From: Parasitella parasitica NRRL 2501
Lineage: Eukaryota; Fungi; Mucoromycota
Reading direction: 5' to 3'
Assembly (NCBI GenBank): GCA_025201805.1
Contig: MU619342.1
Coordinates: forward strand, 44,376-108,375
Length of the DNA: 64,000 nt
Of this stretch, positions 37,113 through 48,765 are shown in pieces. Made by a program: the position numbers and the translations under genes. The notes beneath the pieces are model-generated. The model saw only the letters and a list, made by a program, of their open reading frames with translations, made no database searches and was not told the origin of the DNA. How positions within the stretch are numbered: the first letter of the stretch is position 1; every line of letters begins with the position of its first letter.

Positions 37113-39023
37113 ATGTTACACACACAAAATCACCATCAACAGCAACAGCATATGAGCATACTGAAAGCTAATAAAATGCTCTTGGATGTAAAGGTTGATC
37201 CAGCTACTACTAATACTGCTATTATCACTTCTCCCATTACTCCAAAGCTACCATCAGACTCAAAATCGGATCTCAATGCAAACTGGATAGACGTCAAAAA
37301 GAAAATTTCCATTGAAAAGAAACCTTTCCGACCTTCATCGACTCCACCATCATTAATCGACCAATCAAACGTGTTGAATGCCTCGTTATCGTCCTCAACA
37401 ACTATATCACCACCCTCTACTCCACTACCGTTTGGCTCCGTTCGCAACTATTCCTCTTCATGTAGTAGCATCCACACCATGTCAAGCGACCAACTGTTGG
37501 ATCACTCACATTTAAAGCCTGGCCAAAATGCTAGTCTGCTGTCTTATAGCAAGACCATCAATATGTACAGAGAAAATGCGAAAAAGACCAATAATATGGA
37601 AATCCAATGTGATTTTGCCATCTTCTTGGTTGAGGCTGCAAAGAGACTACAGCAGAAAGATGACAAACAAGATCAAGAGCAACAGCATGCATATCTGATG
37701 GAGGCAGAAAAGCTATTAAAGCAGATTGCCATGCGAGGACATGGTGAATCTCAATATTATCTTGCAAATATGTATGCAGCTGGTCTATTGAGCAAAGCTG
37801 GCAAGCCTGATTTTGACAAATCGTTTCCTCTCTTTGTGCAATCAGCAAAACACCATCATCCTGATGCAGCCTATAGGTATGTATATACATGCAAAGGGGA
37901 AGCACATATATAAATGAAATCAGAAGGAGGAGAGAGGGGGGCATGTACGGTATATATAAGAGGAAGGAGAGAACATTATATGCACTTTGAAATGCCAAGG
38001 GACACATCAATAAAAACTGCTAGATAATGTATTGTTTACGCTTTTTGAATTATTTTTAGAACTGCAAAATGCTATGAGGATGGTCTAGGCACTACGAAAA
38101 ACAAAGCCAAAGCTGTTCAGTATTACAGGTAAGAGAGATTAGCTGGCAGTAAAACGTCCATGTAAAAGCTGATGGAATATGTACCGTGCAGGAAAGCAGC
38201 AACTTTAAGTCACCCAGGAGCCATGTACCGTCTCGGATTAGCAGAAATGAAAGGGGAACTTGCGCTTTCAAGAAATGTGCGAGATGGCCATAAATGGCTC
38301 AAAAGATCAGCCGAAGCCGCAACAACTCAATATCCCCACGCACTGCATGAACTTGCTCTTTTACATGAAAAGGGCGTCGAATCTGTCATTTTTATTGATC
38401 TCAAGTATGCCGTCAGCCTTTATCACGAGGCAGCTGTTTTAGGCTATGCACCTTCTGCGCACCGTCTCGGTGAATGCTACGAATTTGGGAAACTCGGATG
38501 TGCTATAGACGCTGCTTTATCAATTCAATACTATAGCATTGCTGCTGAACAGCACCATCCTGAATCTTGCTTTGCTTTGACAGCCTGGTATCTAGTGGGT
38601 GTTCCGCAAGTGCTAGCTGCCTCTGATGAGCAAGCCTTTGCATGGGCCATGCTTGCTGCTCAATGCGGTCTACCAAGAGCTGAATATGCAGTGGGCTATT
38701 TCTCTGAAATGGGTATTGGTACTATCAAGAATGAGAATACTGCCATGGAATGGTATCGAAAAGCCGCTGATCATGGTGAAAAGAGAGCCTCACAAAGACT
38801 GCAGCCAACAATGAATGTCAATATACCAAAACAAAAGAACTTGAATAAGCCACTGCCTTCTGTCAGTATGAGTCTACCAACAGCAACTAAAAAAATGAGC
38901 TTCATGCATTCTTCTTCTACTTCAACTCTTGCCACTACTGCTACTAGCTCGACAGCAACCACTGACAGCAATAGAAAAAAGTTCTTATTCTTCTGGAAGC
39001 GATCATCCTCATCACAGAAATAA
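37113..39023 (+). CDS. Sel1-like repeat protein, chitin synthase activator (Chs4/Skt5-like), 3 exons
   Basis: MYRENAKKT, SQYYLAN, HHPDAAYR, HPGAMYRLG, KWLKRSAE, YPHALHEL, LGECYEFGKLGC, LTAWYLVG, AEYAVGYF. Confidence 0.85.
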
Positions 39024-39225
39024 CACCCTCCCTTCCTTCCTTCCTTCCAAGCATAGATATCCCACACAATATATACATATACACAACGGCACAGACGCAC
39101 ATTTAAAAATGTAGTTTTAATGATTTACAATATACTCGAGTTTAATTGAATAAAATGATATGATTTACGCAATTCTAGATGAAACTGCTTGCGTGAGGGA
39201 AAGAGAGGGCAACATGGTATTTTTG

Positions 39226-39925
39226 TCACTGTTGTTGATTCTGCTGTTGCGGTATCTTTTGCTGTTGTTGCTGCTGTTGCGACGTAAATTGAGCATACTG
39301 TTGCGGTGTCAAGATATACTGCAACGAGTGTTTGATTGAGTGAATCTCTAAATGTAGCTTTCTATTCTGAGCCTCCATATCTTGCATCTGTTTATTGTGT
39401 TCGACCTCTTTGGACATCAGTCTGTCTTCAATCTTCTTTCTGCCCAATGCTTGCCTCGTCGCTAATTTATTGAACTCTTCTTTCTGTTGTTCTAGTTGCT
39501 TTTTGAAATTGCTTGCCTGCTGCTCTGAACGGCTTATCGATTCATCAATTTGTGCTTGTAATTCGGCTTTTTCGTCTCTTAATTTCAATACTGCTTTATG
39601 TTCGGTTTTGTACATTTCTTCTAAAATCGTGTAATGGTCATGGACCGATAGAATTTTTCGACTGTATTCAGATAATTCGTTTGTTTTTATCTCTTCTCGC
39701 TCTTTGCATTTCTTCAGCACAGTAAACAGATGTTGTATGACGTCCTTTACTGATTTTGGTGCGTGTACGTTGTCTATTTGTTTTTGCAAGGCATCCAAAT
39801 ACTGTTCATTAGGAAGACCTTGAAGTGCAAGTTTAGCCCATGTTCGTATTGTTTTGAAGAATATTACCTGTTATCGAATCAAGTTCCTTTTGTAAATCTG
39901 CAAAATTTTGGGTTGATGAAGCCAT
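39226..39925 (-). CDS. Uncharacterised coiled-coil protein with poly-Q tail, 2 exons
   Basis: MASSTQNFADLQKELDSIT|GLPNEQYLDALQKQ... joins the 190-aa heptad-rich ORF. Confidence 0.6.
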
Positions 39926-40360
39926 TGGTTGTATTGGTTGAGCTAAATAAAAAGAAAGGCAAATCAAAGCGTGCAGAGCCACAAGGAATTAATGTGTTTT
40001 GGGTGGTGTTTTGGGACGAAACAATTAAATATCTAGTCATGTAAAACCACGTCCTTCCATTTGATACAGTGTTATAAAGAATACCAGCATCAACTAGATT
40101 GATTGAGGTTAAAGAAACTCATTTAAGATTTCTGATATCCTTGCAATCAAGGCCTATAACAAGCTACGTTTTTTTTTTAGCGTATAATGGCCCTGCGTCT
40201 ATCTAATTCGTTTTGGAATATGCTATGGCATTCGAGCTATTATTAGGATCATCGTGGATCCAAAGAGGCCAAAATTTCAAATCATGATCTACATGCACCC
40301 ATGTGTAAAATGCATTTTTGAACTAAAGCCATCAAGTGTAATTCTTCATCTTTTTTTACA

Positions 40361-40793
40361 ATGGAATCTGAATTAATAGCCACACTCGACAACTTGTAAA
40401 TACAAACGCCCATTTTATATACAGCACCAACTCACCATACAATTTAGGGCTAACAAGGAAGGCGTCAAGGGCGTGTTAGTTGCGGATGAAAAGGGACTCT
40501 GTTTAGGAGGTATTAACAAAAGCGAAGTGCTAAACAAAATGCTAACTTTGAAAAAGTTCGAGGTATTGCTAAAGCAGATGCAGCAGCATTCATCACGTCT
40601 ATTGCAAATACAGCTCGTAATCTCGACAATACTCAAGAAGATAAAGTCGAATGCCCTACCATCAATATTGAATTTGAAAACAAGTAAGAACTGCCCATGT
40701 CGAATAAATATCTCAAATTCTTACATATTTTTATCTCGTAGCCAAGTTATAATTCGCAATGAGGGAACATTTACCTTGGCTATTTTCATGTAA
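40361..40793 (+). CDS. LAMTOR5: Ragulator complex subunit LAMTOR5 (roadblock fold), 4 exons
   Basis: Spliced MESELIATLDNLANKEGVKGVLVADEKGLCLGVRGIAKADAAAFITSIANTARNL..CPTINIEFENNQVIIRNEGTFTLAIFM resembles LAMTOR5 (GVL..D..GL.LG.RG). Confidence 0.82.
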
Positions 40794-40948
40794 AAAAAAG
40801 TATTCGCTCATATACCCCCTCCTGATAAAAAAAAAAAAAAAAAAAAAACCAGAAATAAATTACTATAATACATTTTTATTTGTTTTAAATCAAAAGAAGA
40901 AGGGTTCTAATATAACATTTGCTCTAACACTATACAACGACGAAAAAC

Positions 40949-41742
40949 CTACTGAGAATCGGCAACAACACCGACTTGAGCAGGACGAAGCACACGACCC
41001 TTGAGGGTATAACCCATCTTTTGTACAGCGAAAATGGTACCAGCTTCTTTACCGGGCATGGGAGCCTGGAAAAGAGCTTGATGTCTGTTGGGATCAAATG
41101 TCTCACCTTCAGGATTTTCACGTTCAACACCATGGCGCTTTAACGCCTTTATCAATTCAGACTCTGTCATAGAAACACCAGTGTAAAGGTTGGTTAATTG
41201 GTCGACAATCTTTTCAGCATCCTTGACGAGTTCAGATTGAAGACAGCTGCTCTTTTCACGCAATTCGCTAGGGACAGCGGTCAGCGCCATGTTCAAAATA
41301 TCAACAGTATCCAAAAGATCCTTTGCAAACTTTTGAATAGCAAATTCCTTGGTAGTTTCAATTTCTTTGCGACTACGCTCACGAATGTTTTCTTGGTCGG
41401 CAAGACAACGAAGGTAGGCATCCTTGAGAATTTGAACTTTTTTTTAAAAAAATCGCCTTTCTCGACATCTCCCAGTATAGAACTTACCTTGAGTTCAGAA
41501 ATTTGCTTGTCCTTTTCAGCCAACATGTTTTTAATATCCTCAGTCAGTTCAGCTTTAGGAGCTTCGGTGCCAGCAGCGGAAGCCTCTTCTCCTTCCTTAG
41601 GAGTTGCATCCTTACCATTTTCAGTAGCATAATAGCGACGCATAACAGGAAGTGCAGTAGCAACCTTTAAACCAGAGCCAGCAGTGGCAGTACGTCTAAC
41701 TGACAGGGCAGCAGCATTACGGATCGCAGCAACAGGAAACAT
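40949..41742 (-). CDS. MGE1: Mitochondrial GrpE nucleotide-exchange factor, 2 exons
   Basis: Arg/Ala-rich presequence; YLRCLADQENIRER; FAIQKFAKDLL; FDPNRHQALF; GYTLKGRVLRPAQVGV. Confidence 0.95.
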
Positions 41743-42772
41743 TTGAAAGTTGTAATAAAAATTGAAAAGAAAGAGATTTAACTTCCTTTTCTTTTTTCTA
41801 TTTGACAGAAGCAGGGCTCCTTGGTTGGGCGTACGGAACACCAGAGAGCGTATTCTGAGTGACTTTTACAAAAGAGGTTTAAAAGAGCGGTTCAAGTTGT
41901 TCCCATCATTGGATTTGAATCAAAGCAGAAGAGATTAACAAATAAAGCCAATTTTAATACCAATGCAATCGTGATGATCTCACTTGAGTATTGCATTTAT
42001 TATACAATTACAAAAGATATTCATAACAATTGTGTTTATTGATAGAATGTCTTGAAATCATGTATAAGTTATTTCCTTTTTGTTCAGTCGAAAATTCCAT
42101 TTATGATTATTCATTTTTTTTTAAATAATACAACATGTACACCTTTTGCCAAAATGATGTCGCAAAAAAAAAATTTAAGGTGTCGCACTTTTAGAAGAAA
42201 AGAGTGTCGCACTTTTTTAAAAAACAGTGTCGCACAATTCAAGAAAAGAGTGTCGTGCTTTTTAAAAGAAAGATGTCGCGAGGCAGTCATCAAAACATCT
42301 AGTGGAATAGCGCACAAACCCTTCAAAAGATGACTGGGCAACTTGGTTGCTAACGTCTGCAATTGTTTGAGGTGAATAGTGTGAAATACAGCTATAACTC
42401 ATAGATGTATTTGATAAAGAACCAAATGACACTGTAAACAAATATGATAAAATCGGGATAGGCATCATCGCCAACATTGATAGATAACAAAAATAAAGTA
42501 CATTAATCAAGCTATCAAGGATTTTGCGAAAATCAGTACAGGCTTTCAAATAACATTGGGAGTCTTACCAAAAAAAAAATTCACCAATTGTTTGAGGTTC
42601 AATTCGTGGATTGTGAGAGGGTCACTTCACATTTTGTTTTAATAAAAACATTAGGTACGTTTTGAGTATATTTGTACCTGGATTCAATTAGCCGGGGCTT
42701 ATCAAATCCATTCAAACAGTTATCAAACTGGTCCTTCCACGTCCGAACTTTTACACAGAGTTGTGCTTTTGC

Positions 42773-42880
42773 TTGGTCGGGTCCTTTGGTCGGGTCCTTT
42801 GGTCGGGTCCTTTTTTTTTTACTTGGTCGGATCCTTTTTTTTTCCTTGGTCGGGTCCTTTTTTTGCTTGGTCGGGTCCTT
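42773..42880 (+). repeat. TTGGTCGGGTCC motif array in the left arm (mirrored, with more units, at 46510-46690)
   Basis: About 6 copies separated by T-tracts; about 9 in the right arm. Confidence 0.9.
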
Positions 42881-42908
42881 TTCTTTCGTTTATCCACATT
42901 CAGCCAAA

Positions 42909-45323
42909 ATGTTAACATGCACCGATTGTGAAGAAAACTTCAATTCAAAAGACACCCTCAAAAGACATAAATATGAAAGACATTGTAAAAAATGCACTAT
43001 CACCGTAACAGTTGAAGGTACGTTCAATTTAGATTCAAATTTACAATTGCTGACTCTGGGCTTTTAGGAATTTGCGAAAAGGTTGTAGTAGAAAGAAAAA
43101 ATGATGTTTTACAATGTCCTTTTTGCAACAAAGAACACTTGACTAGAGAAAGTATAAAATCTCATATACAAAAATCAAAATGTAAAGCAGCTCTTTTCAA
43201 TGAAAGAACCAAGACAACGAAAAAACGAAACTATGATACTGCCGTTTTGAATGCTTGTGGTGCTTTATTGTTTGAGAAGCCTCATCAAGAGATGGTTTTA
43301 AAAGTGGTTTCTTCAGTAAACTTGAAGCCCGTTAGCATGGTCAACAGCGATGGTGAAGAATTTAATGTGCTTACGCACGAAAGTCAATTCCAACAAATAC
43401 AAAAAAACGATATCCAAAGTGCTTCAGTTGTTGAAAAAAAACGATTGATTGACAATGAACCTGTGGAAATAGAAGTGGGACTTGATGATGTGCTAACGAA
43501 AGGTGTCTATCGTGCTCTATTTAATCCAAATGAATTTCAGGAACTTGATGAGGAAATGTGCACCCTATTAAATACGGATTGGAGTACGAAGAAGCATATC
43601 AAATATTCTTGCTCGGCTCTTCTTGCGGGGATGATAATGGTGAAATAACAAAGCTATTTTGGTAAATTGTCACGAAGCCTATGGAAGGACGCGGTCTGTA
43701 GATGTGCATTGGGAAGATTTTATTGTTAAATTATTTGGTACAAAAACATTCAACTCACTGGTAACATCTAGTATCCGCATTGATAGTCGTTATGAACCAG
43801 AAATTGGTCCATCCACACATCATTTTACTATCTCCAGCAACGAACAGTCAAGAGATACAAAAATTTATATACACAAAGAGTCTTGGAATAAAGCAAAGAA
43901 GCTTATGATTGAACCTCATAACCACACCATAAACACTNNNNNNNNNNAAGCAGCTCTTTTCAATGAAAGAACCAAGACAACGAAAAAACGAAACTATGAT
44001 ACTGCCGTTTTGAATGCTTGTGGTGCTTTATTGTTTGAGAAGCCTCATCAAGAGATGGTTTTAAAAGTGGTTTCTTCAGTAAACTTGAAGCCCGTTAGCA
44101 TGGTCAACAGCGATGGTGAAGAATTTAATGTGCTTACGCACGAAAGTCAATTCCAACAAATACAAAAAAACGATATCCAAAGTGCTTCAGTTGTTGCAAA
44201 AAAACGATTGATTGACAATGAACCTGTGGAAATAGAAGTGGGACTTGATGATGTGCTAACGAAAGGTGTTTATCGTGCTCTACTTAATCCAAATGAATTT
44301 CAGGAACTTGATGAGGAAATGTGCACCCTATTAAAACGGATTGGAGTACGAAGAAGCATATCAAATATTCTTGCTCGGCTCTTCTTGCGGGGATGATAAT
44401 GGTGATCAATAACAAAGCTATTTTGGTAAATTGTCACGAAGTCTATGGAAGGACGCGGTCTGTAGATGTGCATAGGGAAGATTTTACTGTTAAATTAAAA
44501 CAACCATCACCTTCCTCACTCCCTCCACCTCGATCCCCCTATCAGAATATTTGGGTGACAACAATTGTCGGCAATCATGGCTCAAAACTTATATTTGGTA
44601 CAAAAACATTCAACTCACTGGTAACATCTAGTATCCGCATTGATAGTCGTTATGAACCAGAAGTTGGTCCATCCACACATCATTTTACTATCTCCAGCAA
44701 CGAACAGTCAAGAGAGACAAAAATTTATATACACAAAGAGTCTTGGAATAAAGCAAAGAAGCTTATGATTGAACCTCATAACCACACCATAAACACTTAT
44801 GATTGAACCTCATAACCACACCATAAACACTCATGATTTCCTATATCAAACTCGCCAAATACAAACCAACTTTCATCACCGAAGTGCGTATAACCGATCA
44901 AGAGCTGCATGCATGATAACCGATAACCATACTCTATACCCTTACAACATCTTCACTCTTTCCCAATGTGATAATGGCCCTGACACATCTGACTATAAGA
45001 CTATGTCTGAAGTTTTTCGAGAAATTGCATTGAATATATTTGCTGAAGAAGATGGTGATATAGAAGAAGATGAAATTGTAGGCTCTTTGAAAAAAAAATT
45101 CATCGAAGATCAAATACAAAAGTGCAAGTCAGAAGGCGAAATAATCAAAATACTCCAATCAATACTGAACTTGTATGGTGATGATGTGGAAATCCCCGTT
45201 ATAAACAACTCCCAATTGAACAATCTTTTAGAGCTGTCGGTAAATCAGCTTCTTCCAGCAATCACCCGTACAAATAAGCATATCATTTCATCATTGAAGC
45301 AGGCTTTCTCTTCATATGTTTAA
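42909..45323 (+). pseudogene. Element-borne C2H2/C2HC zinc-finger gene of unknown family; disrupted or collapsed (internal duplication across the N gap)
   Basis: MLTCTDC..LKRHKYERH, intron 43018-43067, QCPFC..SHIQKSKC; downstream LVNCHE(V/A)YGRTRSVDVH, GTKTFNSLVTSSIR; frameshifts. Confidence 0.7.
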
Positions 45324-45940
45324 TACATTTTTACAATCTGCATATACAATTCAAGCTGATAAAAAAAGTTATATGCCAATAAAATTCCCCCTTTCGATTC
45401 GATTTTTTTTTTTACAGAGTGCATATTTTGGTTAGAAATGCTAATTTTCTGTTGTTATTCGGTAAAAAATACAGGAGTGATTGAGTTTGCGATACAAAAA
45501 ATGGCCTATGATGAACCTTTTTTTTTACCAGTTGTAAAAACTTATACAAAGGGTCGAATAAAATAAGAAGATTTTAAACAAGAGTAGCATCACTTCACAG
45601 AATGTTTGGTTACAAGTTTGAAACCACAATCATGTTTGTTTTAAATCCCCAAAACTGATTTAAAGTATACTTTACACATCATGTATCAAGAAAACCAATG
45701 TCAATCTGTGAACACATATGAAAAGAAAACGAGCTTTCTAATCAGAATACCTATATAGCACAAAAACTCCTTTTTATCAATCTGATCCTATATTCCCAAG
45801 GGCACCTGTATTGTAAGTCACACACAAATTTTTGAAATCAACCTTTTTATTGCCAATATTGGATAATCAAAAAATGTTTCTTATTCTTATTTTGATATCG
45901 GCAAGGCTTCGATTTTTCAAAATGTTTCAGTCGTCATCAA

Positions 45941-46479
45941 CTATTTTTTTTTGGAGATTGGAATGACTTTTGTAAAATTGCTGTTGCAAATCTGACTAAC
46001 ATCATTTACATGCACTAATGCATTTACTTCTTCACCTTGATTGGTGGTCAAACAAATGGGACTGAGGTTCATTGAATCAACAAGTTGAAATATTTGGTCC
46101 TGATGAGACTTCTCAAACAATAAAGCACCACAAGCATTCAAAACGGCAGTATCATAGTTTCGTTTTTTCGTTGTCTTGGTTCTTTCATTGAAAAGAGCTG
46201 CTTTACATTTTGATTTTTGTATATGAGATTTTATACTTTCTCTAGTCAAGTGTTCTTTGTTGCAAAAAGGACATTGTAAAACATCATTTTTTCTTTCTAC
46301 TACAACCTTTTCGCAAATTCCTAAAAGCCCAGAGTCAGCAATTGTAAATTTGAATCTAAATTGAACGTACCTTCAACTGTTACGGTGATAGTGCATTTTT
46401 TACAATGTCTTTCATATTTATGTCTTTTGAGGGTGTCTTTTGAATTGAAGTTTTCTTCACAATCGGTTCATGTTAACAT
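45941..46479 (-). pseudogene. Second, inward-facing copy of the zinc-finger gene (nonsense codon at codon 4; diverged beyond the arm)
   Basis: ATG TTA ACA TGA; identical to the left copy up to EK(S/P)HQ, then paralogous (DQIFQLVDSMNLSPI..QGEEVNAL). Confidence 0.7.
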
Positions 46480-47324
46480 TTTGGCTGAATGTGGACAAAC
46501 GAAAGAAAAGGACCGACCAAGCAAAAAAAGGACCCGACCAGGCAAAAAAAAAGGACCCGACCAAGCAAAAAAAGGACCCGACCAAGCAAAAAAAGGACCC
46601 GACCAAGCAAAAAAGGACCCGACCAAGAAAAAAAAAAGGATCCGACCAAGTAAAAAAAAAAGGACCCGACCAAAGGACCCGACCAAGCAAAAGCACAACT
46701 CTGTGTAAAAGTTCGGACGTGGAAGAACCAGTTTGATAACTGTTTGAATGGATTTTATAAGCCCCGGCTAATTGAATCCAGGTACAAATATACTCAAAAC
46801 GTACCAAATGTTTTTATTAAAACAAAATGTGAAGTGACCCTCTCACAATCCACGAATTGAACCTCAAACAATCGGTGAATTTTTTTTTTGGTAAGACTCC
46901 CAATGTTATTTGAAAGCCTGTACTGATTTTCGCAAAATCCTTGATAGCTTGATTAATGTACTTTATTTTTGTTATCTATCAATGTTGGCGATGATGCCTA
47001 TCCCGATTTTATCATATTTGTTTACAGTGTCATCTGGTTCTTTATCAAATACATCTATGAGTTATAGCTGTATTTCACACTATTCACCTCAAACAATTGC
47101 AGACGTTAGCAACCAAGTTGCCCAGTCATCTTTTGAAGGGTTTGTGCGCTATTCCACTAGATGTTTTGATGACTGCCTCGCGACATCTTTCTTTTAAAAA
47201 GCACGACACTCTTTTCTTGAATTGTGCGACACTGTTTTTTAAAAAAGTGCGACACTCTTTTCTTCTAAAAGTGCGACACCTTAAATTTTTTTTTTGCGAC
47301 ATCATTTTGGCAAAAGGTGTATTT

Positions 47325-47900
47325 TCGTTCAACTGCGCGGCCTGGGCTTCTTGGATTCTCTTCAACAGTAACAAGCTCTTCAATAGCCCCATTCTTCTCT
47401 CTGCAATTGACTCTCCTTTACTTCAAAAATATACGTTGCCATCACTTCTCTTTGCTCAATGCACTTTTTTTTTGGTTCATTATTCACCTACCTTCAATCA
47501 TTTTCATTTCTACTTTTTGTTTCCTTGCTGCCACCACTGGTTCCCCTTCCGTCCTTGTTTGCAAGAGTCGTATCCCAATCCTTTCCTAAACGAACAATCT
47601 TGCTTGGATGCTTATGCTGCTGACCGCTATACTCACTATGATGTGGATGCTATTACTTGTTGTTCTTGCACCTACATAGAATATTATTACATTCCCTACC
47701 TACTGATTATTCTCACTATCCCGACTTTATACCTCCAAATCAAATGCTCATCCAAGAAAAGTACACTGCCACAAGAAGAGCTTATTTTAACATATTATAA
47801 ATTAGAACGAAGTGTACAGCTTAAAAAATCGCCTTTTTTGGATTTTGAATCTCCTAATTTGGTTGATTCAAGCTATTTCGCCCGACTTTCAACATGATTT
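47325..47900 (+). mobile_element. Possible degenerate non-LTR (L1/Tx1-like) ORF2 remnant
   Basis: QLRGLGFLDSLQQ*QALQ* resembles the post-RT GGLG.LD..Q..ALQ motif; otherwise decayed. Confidence 0.3.
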
Positions 47901-48168
47901 ACTCTGTTGAAAGAGTTCTTATTTCAAATCAAAATACATGACCATTTATTTCACGCTTTGTTGCATACGCACATATTTTTTTTTATAGTTTTCTGAAGCT
48001 TCTATATATTTTTAATTAGTTTTTTTGAAAATGAGATATACTTGATTTAACGCCGACTTCTCAAAAATTCGAAACTTGAATGGGAATTACAAAACCAAAC
48101 AAAGCATTTATACACTCTATTCCTCGCTGGATTGTGTTTATTTTGCTGTGTTCTTGTTNNNNNNNNNN

Positions 48169-48308
48169 ATGACTGCCTCGCGACATCTTTCTTTTAAAAA
48201 GCACGACACTCTTTTCTTGAATTGTGCGACACTGTTTTTTAAAAAAGTGCGACACTCTTTTCTTCTAAAAGTGCGACACCTTAAATTTTTTTTTTGCGAC
48301 ATCATTTT
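48169..48308 (-). repeat. Third partial copy of the TGTCGC-repeat terminal region, next to a 10-N gap
   Basis: Identical to 47169-47308 but lacks the GGCAAAAGGTGTA tip. Confidence 0.8.
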
Positions 48309-48765
48309 AGCATTGCATAAATAATAGTTCAACGTTGTCAAATATAAACGAAAAGAGTGTTTTGTTGGGAAAATCTTTCAAATCTTGTTTAAAGATTAAT
48401 TTTCTGTTTAGCAACATTTGATTTCGTGTCAAAAATGCCCATGGATTTTGAATGAAGTTTTGTTCGATTTTGTTTATCTACCAGCTTTTAATAACTTTAG
48501 TCAAGCTTATTTATTAGCCTTTATGTTTATTTAATCATTGGTTTGTTTATTTAAGAATAAAGCTATGTATTATATACTTTATTTAATGCTTATTCTATTA
48601 TCATAGTTAACTTTTAAGGAAGCTTTCAAATTCTGATACAATTGTTGCTTGCATCGGCGGACAAATAGTGACTCTTTGCACTGATAACATGTTGAACAAA
48701 AGAAGAACAAGAAACCATCTCACCATTCTATTTTAATACCTCTTTTCTCCAAACTGTTTTTAGCC

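Larger units (their letters stand above)
42138..47321. mobile_element. TA-flanked foldback/long-TIR element (~5.2 kb); arms 42138-43287 and 46101-47321
   Basis: Left TA|CACCTTTTGCCAAAATGATGTCGC is the exact reverse complement of the right GCGACATCATTTTGGCAAAAGGTG|TA; arms near-identical; subterminal TGTCGC repeats. Confidence 0.85.

Noticed and set aside
42773-42880. Repeat-spacer-like GGTCGGGTCC array as a CRISPR-like array
   Set aside because: Repeats are only ~12 bp, the spacers are low-complexity T-tracts, and there are no cas genes; eukaryotic context
46457-47897. Several ORFs in the element arms (FFAWSGP repeats, MQTLATKLP..., MKACTDF...)
   Set aside because: Translations of repeat arrays or TIR DNA with no recognisable domain
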